This document shows positions 1-14,800 of a stretch of 64,000 bases of DNA, piece after piece. The position numbers and the translations under genes are program-made. The notes below the pieces were generated by a model. The model searched no databases. It was not told the origin of the DNA and saw only the letters and a list, made by a program, of their open reading frames with translations. Numbering within the stretch: position 1 is the first letter of the stretch; each line of letters opens with the position of its first letter. Source of the stretch: Trichoplax adhaerens (taxonomy: Eukaryota > Animalia > Placozoa); NCBI RefSeq assembly GCF_000150275.1, contig NW_002060943.1, forward strand, positions 10,974,878 through 11,038,877, in the 5' to 3' direction.

Positions 1-2052
1 TTGTAATTAAAAGTCTATAATATAATGCATGCGTATCATAAAGTAAACATCAATTCTTATTTTAATTATGAGATCGATAACTCTTATGAAATATTCATAT
101 TGTAGCCAAGATGACTAGCATTAGTAAAATAGATTACTCATCAAGTGCCTTTAGTACTTATTGTTATTGATATAATGGTACCCGGTACATATTGAAATTA
201 TGTTTTAAGGTTTCATGTCTAAGTGGCTGAAATCTTCGCTTAAGTTCAGAAATCATTAATGGCTGATAGCTTCAATCTGTAAAATGATAAATGATAAAAT
301 TAATAGACGCTTGCTACGACACCCGATAGGGAAAATTATAACGTTGAATTAAAATAAAAGAGTAAATTAGTTGTAGATGACTATTGCTATGATATAATCC
401 AGTCATTTAAGCAATAAAAGGACTGAATACTTAAAATAACTTTTTCTTCAAATGAAAGACGCAACGTAAAGATGGAAGTCAATCGCTAACGATACGAAGA
501 ATAATTTTCATACTGGTTGATTTTGCAGATCTAATTGGAATAATTGAATAAAGAGTACATTCAATATGTTTGCTCTCGATTACTTTGTAAGCTATTATTG
601 ATGCGTAATATTACCGTTTCATGTTATTAAATAATAATAATATTAAGGTTGAGATTGTTTAAGCAAGATTCAAAGTTATGGAGAAAGTTTCTGCTGTCAT
701 CATTTACTTCGGTACCGTTTAGTTCGATAGCCTTACCGGTTATCTATAACAATTTATGTGAATCTGTTAAGATGCTGTATATTCTACAGTATTTATTATT
801 ATTAATAAGTTTGATTGAACAAACAGTCTGGTATACCTAATCTGAGGAATATCGATGTGTTGACGGTGTAATGAATACGAGTAAAAACTAAATTCAAATT
901 AATTATATTAACTATGTATTATAAATATGCTGTAGTATGCATTGAATTACATCAATTATTTTTTATTATAGTTAAAATATATTGTCATTAGCATCAAACT
1001 TTAATATTAATACCGATATTTAAACTTAAATGACGTTCAAAGAGTAAGCATGCCTAATAACTTTTTTATAAAACACTTGTAAAAATTCGTAAATATGCGT
1101 TTAATTGAAATTGATCAAAAAGAAACATCTCAGCTAGAATTATTTTATTGCCGTAAAGTATAGAAGGAGGAGTAAAAATAACAATTTATTTACCAAAACA
1201 AAATATAGAATTTATAACAATAAAAAGGAAAAACCCTACAATCTTGACGTTCTTAACGATGAATTAAAATTACAATGATGATTAAGCTATAATTAAAATC
1301 CCTATTTCTCAATCTTCTTTATCGACTAGCCTTCAACACAAAAGTACAATTAAATATGTAGCTTGTCACTAGTGTCTTCGCAAAAAATTTCTCGACATTA
1401 TCATCATTGTTGTTGGTAAGCAACACGTGGGATCAACAATTATTCTAAAGTATCAATGATAGCATATTCTTAATTATCCAACAATAAAGAAAGTAAATGC
1501 ACGCCCTGCCCTGGGGGTAAAGGTCGCTAATTAGGTTGCGATGTATTAGCTAAATTTTCTGCCTAATTACTTATCAAATCAAATATGAGAAGCATTGCTT
1601 TCTATATTGCAGCTGATATTTGAGAGCGTCTAGTGATCGCAACGTATCATGAAAAGTTAGGGTGTAGATAGATACTGTGAAAACTAGTAAGCCCTTTCGT
1701 AATAACGCATTCTAAATTGACCAAGCTAAACTAGGAAAATATAGATTTTAAATAAAAGTGGGCTGAGGATATTTTAATTATTGCCGCAACTATCCTACTT
1801 ATTATTACTAGATAGTTGCTGTATCAATGGAATTATTGATAGTGTAACACTGTAGATAGGTACAACATACATATGTCTTACCTTGTATGAAGCATGTTTA
1901 CATATCGATTAATAATAGCTGCGTAGCTTATCATTAATTATAATTTATAATAGATTGTATAATATAACTAGATATCAGTTCGCCCTCATTAAGTTATACT
2001 AAAATTAGGTACTGAAGAGATATCAGGCTAAATCCAAATAGTTAATTTACCG

Positions 2053-2827
2053 ATGCGGATCAAGATGAGGGTCGTAATGCTTCTGTTAAGCATCCTTTAC
2101 GTTTCGCTTGTAAGTTTAGAAAAATTTTTCTCCTTTTCAACTTCAACTGTCTTCCAGTAACTGTTATCGTGCGACGTGAGATTCATTAGTTTATTTTCAG
2201 TTTATTAACTTAATATTGTAGTAATTTAAATTTAAATTTAAATCGAGAAAATTTTAGTCTGTTGCCTTGTTGTGATTGCGCTTATTTAGTAATATCACGT
2301 AACTTACTACTACGTAATTTTGAACATTTTATTTTCTCTACGTAAGCCTTGTACTTTAGAATTAATAGTTGATTCTCCTCTATGGTACTGTAGGCATAAC
2401 TTTTTTTACTGCATCATACAATGAATTTTAAATATATCATCAGATGATGTTTGAAAAGATAATGTACTAAAGTTGATTTGCGTTGTATCATCTGGAAAGG
2501 ATTATGGATTAATGTATTGCTTTGATGATTAGTTTAATTCATCAAATCAAATTTGATATCTACTTCAAATTTTATTATCTTAATGTTACCCTCAAGAAAT
2601 TTTTTTATTGTTTCCTATCAATTTCTTAAAACACTTTTGATATTTGCGATGGCTTCTAAGTCATTGTTATGATCCTTTTTAATTCTTATAAGTGGACCTG
2701 ATGATGCAAGTGGTAAAAAATTAATTTTCAATTACCTAGCTGTAACCTGAACTTAAAAATGTTGCAATTTTTATCTTTCCATGACCATGGTCGATTCTAT
2801 AGGCTACAGCGATTAGTACTCCACTAG
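2053..2827 (+). other. Signal-peptide exons of the SRCR/EGF gene (2053-2109 and 2803-2827)
   Basis: In-frame ATGs at 2053 and 2065, hydrophobic [13 protein letters not shown], and a perfect GTAAGT donor (phase 0) joining tatag|GCT ACA GCG ATT AGT ACT CCA CTA G|GTCAGT. That exon ends in phase 1, matching the EGF exon at 3004. Confidence 0.8.
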
Positions 2828-5800
2828 GTCAGTGTTATCAAAAGAATTTTCATTGATTATGCGTATATCAATTAATAAAGAGTCTAATGCAAATATAACC
2901 GGTTCATTACAATGATAAAGTTATACCTATCGACAAATAAAATGGTAAATTAGCTGATCAACTAACTGATTCCATATTGTTAAAATCAATCAATATGATA
3001 TAGCCTGCAATATTGATCGCTGTAATGGTAGAGGATTTTGTACAATCATTCCATTTGGAAATCACTTTAGATGTTCATGCTATGCTGGCTATACAGGGCA
3101 TCAATGCCAAACAGGTTGCCAAAATAGAGCTACAAAGTTTAACATCATGTTCATTATGCTAACTCTCCTTCAATTACTTTCTTAGAAATTGCTATAATTG
3201 TAACTTGTTTTCTATCAAATTTCAGCCTTACAGACTCAAAGATATCCTTGTGATCAGAACCCTTGCAAATTTGGTACCTGCTATAACACGTACAATGGAT
3301 CCCAATCAGGATATATTTGCCTTTGTAAAAAAGGCTATTTTGGAAATAAGTGCTATTTTGGTTAGTTCTGAGACAGATATTAAACTGTTCCAATAAGACG
3401 TAACAATTTTAAAAATGAAGTATTACTACCTACCTTGCGCGCAATTGAATGATATACGCGTAGTCATGTTATATACAATCCATCAATTTATCGTCTTATT
3501 TTCGTACTGTATTAGAAGAGAAAAGTTATTGTCCTAGCGCGTGTGCAAGCTCTCCATGTAGCAAAAATGGGCTATGCGTTAATCAGAATCAAGGTAACAC
3601 TTACAAGTGTTTATGTAAAGAAGGCTATACTGGTGCTATTTGTCAAAGTCAAAGTAAGTCATTTAAGTAAAGCTGTAATTGATTACTATTAATTACTGCA
3701 AGTGATCACAATTAACTGCTTTTAAATGAGATCTAATATTCCAACATCGATTTTGTTCAATTTTAAATGCTACGTCAGATACTGTCTATAACAAATAGCC
3801 CAATAGGTTTACATAATTATTTAATTTACGTAATCCATCATTATGACTATTCGTAGTTTAAAATTATCTAGAGTAGTGGAAGTAGTAGAATGCTATCTTT
3901 AATATAGAGGAAATTCTTTACGAATAATTCACGTGTTAGCGACTCATAAGCCTAATAATTATAGCACAAGGTAAGGCTATCGGTTTTAGATAAGATAAAA
4001 GAATGTTAATATAAATGAATCCATTAAATACATTACGCAAAATAAATTATGCATGCCATTAACTTCCTTACATTACTATAACTACATATGCCAAAGGATA
4101 TCCGATTGTATGCGATGGAATTATTATGTACTCATGCGCATTATACTTGCGGGATATCATAATTCAGATTTCGTTACTCTTGAAATGCGCCAAACTCACT
4201 TGATGGCGTTAATATAAAGCATCATTAATGTACCTTACTAATCACTAGCTGAATCGAGGCAAACATCCTGTATATTTCGTACAGCTAGACTTCTGAAATA
4301 CAAAACCTATTAAATCAAAATGTGAGGGTGTAAACAAACTGATCAACACACGTACTGTACCGTAGTTGCAACGACAACTTGTGTTAAATTATTATTATTT
4401 TATTTATGGTATGGTACTTTTTCTTAGCGTTGGCTCTTATATAGCGATAGTTTTAATATTCTATTGGGTACCCGTGACAGCTTTCTGTAGACATTCATAT
4501 CCATAAATTCGTATTCAGTTCTTCATGAGATATATTTTACGTAGAGGAGGATATGGAGTTCCTAGGCTAATCCCGTTGTGCTTAAATTTTCTTATGCAGT
4601 GCCCCCACTTAGTAAACCAATTAATTCACCTCAAGTGAGATTAGTTGGTGGACGTAACCGATTTGAGGGTCGCGTCGAAGTATTGCACAATAATAAGTGG
4701 GGTACAATATGCGATAACGGTTGGGATCTCCAGGATGCCAAGGTAGTTTGCCGGCAACTTGGATTTCAAACAGCTGTTGGTAAAGCATGCTGTGGTAATT
4801 TTGGTCGAGGTACAGGCACTGTCTGGTTAAGCAATGTAAACTGTACTGGTTACGAGAATTCATTAGGAAACTGCTGTCTTGGTACTTATGGCTCTAATCA
4901 ATGCAGCCATGCTAATGACGCAGGAGTCATGTGCACAGGTATTAAAATACGAGCATAACTAATAACGAGGCATATACAATTACTATTTTGCACTGTATTA
5001 CCTTCAAGACATTTCTGTTTCGCTAAATTTGCCTTTCTATATTTATCAGCTTTTAATTCATATTGAATGAAAAGGACAAATTGTTAAAAATGATATATTA
5101 ATATCTGATATTGCAGGTCAGAATATAAATGGAGATTTAAGATTAGTTGATAGCCAAAACAAGAATCATAAAAGCGGAAGAGTTGAAACATTCTATAATG
5201 GCACATGGGGAACCATTTGCGGTGACCCTTTCGACTTACTATCAGCGAATGTTGTTTGTCGTCAGCTCGGATTTGCAAAAGCTTCCAGCTTCTCAACTAT
5301 TAGTCCTAACTCTGCCAAGTATCAAAACGTACCAATTCATTTGGATAATGTTCACTGTTCAGGTTCTGAAAGTTCATTAATTAAATGTGCACATGGTGGT
5401 TGGAGTAGTAATAATTGCAAGCACAGTCAAGATGTCAGCGTTACCTGTCAAGGTAATCTAGTTAAGAAAAGATATGTTCAAATCTGAAGATATAGAACTT
5501 ATTATTTCTATTAAAGTATAATAATTGCCATGCTGAAGACAGGATGTTAGTCAGCTTATCACAAAATCAACATATTTCTGCTGAATTTAGTGGGAAGTAA
5601 TCTTTATTTATGTTGGCTTATGATTAATTCGACAGATGCTTGCGAAGTTACACCATGTGTCAATGGTACATGTATTCAAGGATCTGGTAAAAGTTTTTGT
5701 GCATGTTCCCCTGGCTACGGTGGAAAATTATGTCAGTTCAGTAAGTTAGCCTGCCATTAACATTTATGTATATTGTATACGACAGATATTTCAACCGGCT

Positions 5801-8800
5801 ACCGTAAGTTATCTGTCGTAAATACGTATGCAATGTATAATTTATACTTTATGCCAAAATTTAGAGGACAGCTGTGCAACCCACCCTTGTCCATCTAACG
5901 CTACATGTCAAAATGTACAGACTGGTTTCTCTTGCAAATGTCCGGAAGGATACTATGGACGATCATGTGAACTTGGTAAATTATTATGTGTTATAATCCT
6001 GTGATTTGGCTGCCCGTATATTAAAGGACGAATCATATATACAAATATATTCAGTATTAAATCGTCTTAATTGTATTTCGGCATATTAAATAAATTATGT
6101 AGATAGTGTTTTTGAAAGTTTTCCATTACGATATTATATATAGGACCTGCAGCTGAGGGAGATATCCACTTAGTTAATAGTACCCTTAGAAACTCTGGAC
6201 GATTAGAAATTTTCCATAATGGTATTTGGGGAACGATATGCGGTCAGAACTTTGATATGAAAAGTGCTACCGTCGCTTGCCGTCAATTAGGATACAAGTA
6301 TTCTCAAAATTTCCAATGCTGTGGAAATAACGGAATTGGCAATAGCTATATGTGGCTGGATTCAGTTCACTGTTATGGTAATGAAACTAGCTTAACAAAC
6401 TGTCCACATAGTGGGTGGGGTCTAAGACGTTGCAGTGCAAGAAATACGGTTTCTGTTTCCTGTACAAGTAAGTCATACAAATTTTTTGCGATTATCTACA
6501 CATGCTCTTATATTTTAAGTTAATATGTATTTAATATGCTGTATAATTATTTCTAAATTTGAGTGCCTTATGTGTAATACAAAGCAGCACCTTAATGATA
6601 AAGTTTAAATAGTTACTATCTTTTCCGTTAATTTTCAAATATCGAACTATTTATTACAAGGCGGTAAAAATACTGAAATTACACCATTATAAAAATTTAT
6701 TTGTAATAATGTAAAATTTATTCCTTCTGCGTTAGGTAACCCTTGTCAGGCTAATTTATGCCAAAATGGTATTTGCACCCTAATTGGAAATGGCTACTCA
6801 TGCAGTTGTTATCAAGGCTGGAACGGCTCTAATTGCGATGTAGTTGGTAAATAATCATTTTAGCCAATATTTACAAGAATAATTAGCTATAGTTCATATC
6901 GAAAGTTTTCACGTATAAGTTAATTCTAAACCCTAGATCTTACGTATTAGCGAATCGATCTTTGTCGCTAATGATCTATTAATTGCTATGTTTGAAATTA
7001 TTCCCTTTAGCAATGAAAAATTCTTCATGTATCCCAAATCGTTGCGTTAATGGTAACTGTCTTGAAATTAACAATTTACAATATTCTTGTAACTGTTCAA
7101 GTGGCTATACTGGAGTAAACTGTGAATCAGGTAGACTAATGTATTTAAATATACTTTACATTATAGATATTACTTTCATTTTACGTAAATTATTTCACTT
7201 GCTGACTGAAAATTTTTTAACGTTTATATCAAATTGGGATGTATTAAAACTATTGTTCTGATATTAAACCAATAAACTGTCAGAAAACTCATGTGGTTCT
7301 TCACCATGCAGTCGCGGCACATGCATTAATGCCTACCCTGGATATAATTGCACCTGTCCCATAGGATGGGGAGGCAAAATTTGTGATATGAGTAAGTCGT
7401 ATTATATTTGTAAGGAAAATTTCAAAGCATACGAGATATATGAATTGTTAATGCGAAAAGTTATGTCATGACATCGATTAAGCTTATTATTGTACCGTAA
7501 TACTTAATAGGTATTAGCTGCTCCTCATCTCCCTGTGCTAGCAATGCAACATGTACTAACAAACTAAATGGTGGTTATACCTGCAATTGCCCAATGGACT
7601 TTTACGGAAAAAATTGTGAAATGGGTATCAAATCGTACTTAACTAGGATATCTTGTGTTGTACGAAGACATCATCTAACGACGGATTTGCTATAGACCTA
7701 ATAAGTTTTCTCTAATTTTTATTGTATCATTTTAATTAGGTCCAGCAGATGATTACACGATTATGATATCCGCTAGCAACAACCCTAGCAGTGGCTTGAT
7801 CAACATATTTTTCAACTCAACCTGGGGAACTATATGTGATCAAAATTTTGATATGATGGATGCAGTTGTTGCTTGTCGTCAACTAGGCTATGTGACAGCG
7901 GCTGGCTTTAGGTGTTGTGCTGGATACGGCCAAGGAAACGGACCAGTCTTCTTTACCGATTTTGCTTGCAAAGGAAATGAAACACAATTGTCGGATTGCG
8001 ATCATCAAATGCTTCTGGGTAGCTCCGCTATGTGTGATCATACGAAAGATGTTGGTATTCAGTGTTCAAGTATGTTTTTATTTACCTATTTAAGATAATT
8101 TACTTCGTAAAGCCTTCAATCAGTTATAAATTAAGATAATAAATGGCACTTAGAAATCAACTTAACATAATGGTCAACTTTCCTTAGCTTTACCGTCTTC
8201 GTACTGACATTATTCTGTTTTCGTTTATAAGACGATCCCTGTGGATCTTCGCCCTGTATGAACGGAAAATGTAGTAAATTAGGTGATGGGTTTAACTGCA
8301 CTTGCAATGTAGGCTTCAGAGGAGATCTTTGTCAATTCAGTAAGTTGATCAAGCTAAAGAGTTGGATATAGTGTTAGAATTCAATTCTTTCGTATCATTT
8401 ACAATTATATAAGTTCAATTGAAGATACGAAATGAATAATACCCTTTAGAAATTTGGAACTATGCATTATAAATAACTATGTTGATTGGTAACCATATTT
8501 TCAGTTGATAGCTGCACAACTCAGCCATGTGTAGCAAATTCAACATGCCAAAACATTCAAAATAGCCACACTTGTCTTTGTCAATCTAATAAGTATGGAA
8601 ATCTTTGCCAGCAAGGTACGTTAGATAGAACTCGCAATACGCATCTTATTAATTGAAAGCATGATTTCATTATAGGTTATAGATGTTACTTATATAATAA
8701 CTCGAGCACAATTTTTTAAAAATCGTACTTTAATAATTTTGGATATATTTATCGCGTATAATTAGCAAATCTCCGTAAGTTTTATATTGATTAGGAATCA

Positions 8801-11800
8801 TAAATGTGCACATAATTGATCTATACTTACAGATAACCCACCACAAGAAGGAATGGTACAGTTAGCGGGGACTACGTCTGCTACAAGAGGAAGAGTAGAA
8901 ATTTATCATAGCGGCAAATGGGGTTCAATTTGTGGAAATAACTTCACATATAGTGATGCCTATGTTGTATGTCGACAGCTAGGATTTTCAACTGCTGTAT
9001 CATTTACTACCAAGGCTAATACTTATGGACAAGGTCATGGCAAAATTTGGTTGTCATATTTACGATGTTACGGCAATGAATCATCCATAACGAGCTGTCA
9101 ACAACGTAGCCAATGGGGCTCAAGTTCTTGTCAGCACACGCAAGATGCAGGCGTTTCATGCTCAAGTAAGTCTCATTATAAATTTTTTTAAGTAGATAGT
9201 ATTTAAAATATTTATCTTCAGGCTAGTTACTATTTAATAGTTTACAAATGTGCAAATATATATTTTTTATTTAATTTTCATTAATAAGTGAATCATCGAA
9301 ATATTTCTCACGCTTGTTTAGAGACAATATGCGATTCGAATCCTTGTGATTTCGGATTGTGTACCAGTAACGCAACAAGTTATTCATGTAACTGTAATTT
9401 TGGATTTACGGGCAGTAGATGTGAACTGAGTAAGTATAACGACTACTAACAGAATGATAATAATAAAGCCTGTAATAAATGCCTATAGATTTAAAATTTA
9501 TTTTAAAATTTAACTTTTTTACCAATTAGGAGATACATGTCTTTCTAATCCTTGTCCTTCCAATGGAACCTGTACTGTTAATTCCAATGGCTATAACTGT
9601 TTATGTCCACAAAATTCATATGGATCTTTCTGTCAATTTCGTTAGTATCATTATGATTCTGCAAAATTTTTAAGTTTTATGCAAGCTTCTATGAAATAAA
9701 ACTTTACTAAATAATACAAAAAATCAGCAAAGTCCTATCAATATATATGCACTAATATACTGTATAATTTTACTTAATAGGTCCTTTAAAAAATAGAGCT
9801 ATCCGATTAGTTGGAGGCACCGTGTTATCTGGCCGTCTTGAAATATATTATAATAACAGTTGGGGTACAGTTTATGATCGGAACTTTAGCCGAGTTGAAG
9901 GTGATGTTGCTTGTCGTGAAATGGGATATGCTCGCGCTGGGCAAGTGCGTTGCTGCGGTGCATATGGAGCTGGCCAAGGCCCAGTGTGGCTAGATGAAGT
10001 TAAATGTAATGGCAATGAAAGTACTTTAGCTTCTTGCAAACTGGGTGCATGGGGAAATAAGCAATGCGATCACCGCCGAGATGTGGGTTTAATTTGTCAA
10101 AGTAAGTGAAATTGAATGTTTATTTAAGATTTCTTGTCTTTCGGACAATAATTTTGGCACGTTGCTTAAAATACTTTTTACTGTAAAATAAACTGTAAGT
10201 AGCAAAAATTTGGTAAAATGACTTCTCTAGACAAGTAGTAGCACAGTCCGTAGTTAATAGAAAGTTTTACAGTAGTATGGTAATATTATTTAATCAATCA
10301 TAGTAATTAAATATGATCATTCTTGGCTGATTTGATATTCCTATGTCACTCAATACAAAATATAGCACACTGGCTTAATTGTGCTGTATAAAATTGATAT
10401 CAAAGTAGGAAACAAAGTGAAAACTTCTTTAGTCACGTAATAGCTAATTCGTTAGCTTAAAATAAACTAATGATACAATATCAATGCTAATGAATGACTT
10501 ACGTAATGATTAACTTATCGATTGTTAATAGCACAATGTCAAAGTATTAATATAGAAATATGCAATTGCTGATTTACTTCTTCAAAAGGAAATCCTTGTT
10601 TTCCTTCATCGCCTTGTCTATACGGTTCCTGTGTTGTTAATGGAAATTCTTATACTTGCACTTGCTATCCGGGGTTCACTGGGATTAACTGTAACACAAG
10701 TAATAGTTAACACTTAAATCATTGATAAATCTTCCATCAGAAATCTAAATTTAATAGAAATTCCAGCATTTGTTTATTATTTTATCAAAATTAAGTAATT
10801 TAATAATTGTATTACTGATACTAATAAAAGGAATCAACCATTGTGACGCTAATCCTTGTCCAAATAATGCAACATGTTCCAATTTTAATGATGGTTATCG
10901 CTGTCTGTGCCCTGGAGCTTCTTTCGGGGAACAATGTCAATTTGGTATGTTACTCATTTGAACCAGTTACAATAGTATACATAGAACCCTTATATCTAAA
11001 ACTTGGCCCTAACGATATAACTTCCATGTTACAGATCAGCCCAAAGATTATGACATCACGCTAGATTATACCCATGCACCTGGACAAGGCTACTTGTTAG
11101 TTTATCTTAATCAAACCTGGGGCAGAATCTGTTTTGATGGTTACACTAGATACAGCCAGTTCAATAATGAAATTATTTGTCGTCAGCTTGGTTATACATC
11201 ATTCGAAAACTGGCTAGCACCAGCTTCCTTCACCTCAGAAAGACCAATAATTATGAACGATCTATACTGCAAAGGCATAGAATCGAAAATATCCCAATGT
11301 GAACATAGCAAAAGCAATGTTGGTTATTGTACAAGGAATCGCAATAGGCCCATTGGCGTTAAATGCTCAGGTTATTTTTATGTTTAGTACTCATACCAAT
11401 AGACTAGCAATCTCAGGAGATATATGAAGAGATTGCACAGTATGCAAATCGTTTGAGCTAGATTGCATCCATCTACTTAAAATATTTAACTTTTGCTAAT
11501 CAATAACAGATCATCAATGCTCTCAGAATAATCATTGCAATCATGGATACTGTATTATTTTAAGCAGTAATACATATTCATGTGTCTGTGAACCAGGTTG
11601 GACAGGACAGCATTGCTTAACCAGTAAGTTAGAAAAAAACTTATAATAAATTATTAGATATCAGTGGCAATGACTAAATTTTTATAATTCTAAAAGTTAG
11701 ATAGTATTGTATCAATAGCCTAATATCACATTTATTTTTACGCGGTAATGTTTTAAACTAGACATTAACGAATGTGCCTCCAATCCATGTGGAAATAGTA

Positions 11801-14800
11801 CTTCTATGATTTGTTCAGATCTAATCAATAATTATGGCTGTAGCTGTGTTAGCGGCCGCTCCGGCTATAAATGCATGTTTGGTAAGCAAACCAATGAGCA
11901 TTGATAAATTCTAGCATAATACATGTTCTATCGGAGTATTATCTATTTTAAGCTAGTATACGATCACTCAGATTAAGCTCCTTTACTTTGTGAATTGCTA
12001 AAGATTTAACTGAAAATATTAATATATCATTTAAACTTATAGATAGCGTTGCTATTGGAGTTCGATTAGTCGGTGGTAACCACAATTTTGAAGGCAGAGT
12101 GGAAGTTTATTACAATAGTCAATGGGGAACTATTTGCAACGACAAGTGGAGCATTAATAACGCTAATGTGATCTGCCGACAGCTAGGATTTTCTGGAGCT
12201 GCTTCTGTACCATCAACTGCACGATATGGCTACGGTTCTGGCATAATCGGCTTTGATGATATCCAATGTAGTGGCAATGAAACTACAATTACCAAATGTC
12301 CGCATCGATCATGGGGGATAAGTAATTGTGGTCATTCGGAGGATGCGGCTGTTGTATGCATTGGTAAATTATAACAAATAACATTCTTAATGTACTTAAA
12401 TAAGATATAGGTTGTGTAATAGACGTATAATATGAAGTAAAGCACCTACAATTATCTTGTTATTTCATTCAGATAAACCAATGAATGCTATGACTCCACC
12501 TCAGCCTCAGTAAGCTTAATTTTATAAAGTAAAGCCAAGTCGAATACAACAAAACATATGCATATACTAATCATGTTGTATCATTTTATATAGTCCCGAA
12601 ACGTGTATCACAAGACCTCAAGGTAATTAGTATTATTTTAATTCTTGAGATTTATATTAAACTGATTCCAACATAATTATTAATCTAAAGGCTTGAGGTT
12701 ACCTTGCGACGATAGACCATGCGATCGTTATAATGCAACTTGCGTCAATATCAACAATACAAATTCTTATACATGTCGCTGTCAGATGGGTTTTTTCAAT
12801 GGTTCCTCATGCATCTCAAGTAAGCTATAAAGTTGAATAATTTCACATAATAGTTTATAATTCTATATTACAATGCACAATATCTTGCAGCTGTTCCCTT
12901 TTGATCGACAAGTCTACTATATACAAATCTTTCAATTATTAAAGAGCGAAAGACTAATATTTTTGTAGTCCGTAACATAAATACTTGAATTCTACTCAAT
13001 TATTACATTCGTGGATCGTAGAAGTGTAAACCTTAAACCAATATAATTCATTATTTGCTACTACCTAGGATGATAGAAATAATTAAATTTTTGAAATTAA
13101 TGCGAGACTTTTACTAAATCTATCTACAATTAATCTAGAAATCCCGTATTCATTAATATCATTTAAGAAAATTGGTAGCTTAACTAGTCCAGCTATGGCT
13201 TTAGTATGCATTGTAGGCGGTCATCCGAAACCTAAGATTCACGTATACAAAGGGAATAAGCCTGTTACTTCCGATGGAATCGTGACAACCTCTGCATTTT
13301 CATTTGATAAAATCTACTTTATTTCTACGGTAAACCTAACCTCAGTTATTTCTGTGCATTATGGACGATATACATGTCGTGTTACTTCTTCATCTCAAAA
13401 TATAACCAGCAAAGCAATAGTTATAGGTAACCTGTAGTCATACCTCAATTTCTACTTTAATAATTTATTAATGTAGATCCACTAATCGACGATTCTAAGA
13501 CAATTCATCAATTAATTATAACAATATCAGGTGTTTGTGATAGTAGTCCATGTGGAAACAATGGCTACTGTAGGAGCAGTGCTGATGAACAAAGCTACAA
13601 ATGTTTATGTTACTCCGGTTTCACTGGAACTAATTGTCAAAAAGGTAAAATGCGCCATAACTTTTATATACGAATTCATTTAAATCCTATGTAGGCCACT
13701 ATATCATATTGCATTAGTTATTAATGAAATGTAATAAGCGTATCTTTCATTTTAAATTAAAGCTAACGTTACCAACCGATATCCATGTGATAACACGAAG
13801 TTATGTTCAATTGGAAAGTGCACTAATGTATACAACGGTACGAGTTTAACAAGTATTTGCAAATGTGATATTGGCCAAACAAATCCATCATGCTATAGAG
13901 GTGAGATGCTTATTTGTAGCGGTCATATTTATAAATATATCGATTGATTGCACAAAAAATCGTGTAACAATCTACGTTAATTAATTTAGAAATAGTAAAT
14001 TACCTTACAGTTGAGTCATTAATTAACGTTGATTTAAATCTTTTTAGATAAAGTGACTTATTGTCGGGATCCATGCATGAGTAGTCCTTGCAATAATGGC
14101 TATTGCTACTCAATTAGCTTTGGTACTTCTTATAGGTGCAGCTGCAAGTCTGGCTTTACTGGCAAAACTTGCAATGTTCAAAGTAAGCTAATTTTTCCCG
14201 ATACATAACTACAGCAATTAATTGAACACTTTCGTATTTATATTTTAAGCTAATATGCTTAATCCCATGCAATAGTTTAAATTTTTCAAAGTTGCTTTAT
14301 TAGCATATTAAGCTATAGTAATACATGTTATAATAATTATAAATTAATACTGAAATTAAAAAATTGCTTCGGCTTAAAATTTAGTGACCGTTCCTTCCAC
14401 TCCAGTGGTCAATGAGCCTAAAATCCGATTAGCGAGAGGATATAATCGATTTGAAGGACGCGTTGAAGTATTTCGTAATGGTCGTTGGGGAACAATATGC
14501 GATGATGGTTGGGATTTAACAGATGCTATGGTCGTTTGTCGTCAATTAGGCTTTACTAATGCTATAGGTAAAGGCTGTTGTGGACAGTTTGGATTTGGTA
14601 CAGGTCAAATTTGGTTAAGTAAAGTCAACTGCTATGGTAATGAAGGCTCTCTGTCTACTTGCAATTTAAATTGGGGTTCAGCTGGCAATTGTTCACATCG
14701 TAATGATGCGGGTGTTATATGTATAGGTATAGTTCAACATAAATCCACAGCTTAAAAACTTACCTACATAAACGCGAAAAATATGGTTATATAGTGCAAC

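Noticed and set aside
649-840. 63-aa ORF and exon-like patches in the first 1 kb
   Set aside because: No recognisable domain and no consistent splice chain could be built.
2649-2712. Signal-peptide-like [15 protein letters not shown] with an in-frame TGA (possible readthrough or selenocysteine)
   Set aside because: An uninterrupted, phase-compatible signal exon exists at 2053-2109, so this stretch lies in intron 1.
3154-3396. ORF-track proteins 3205-3396 (+) and 3154-3393 (-)
   Set aside because: Wrong frame or strand. The real exon is the EGF at 3226-3360 ([14 protein letters not shown]...).
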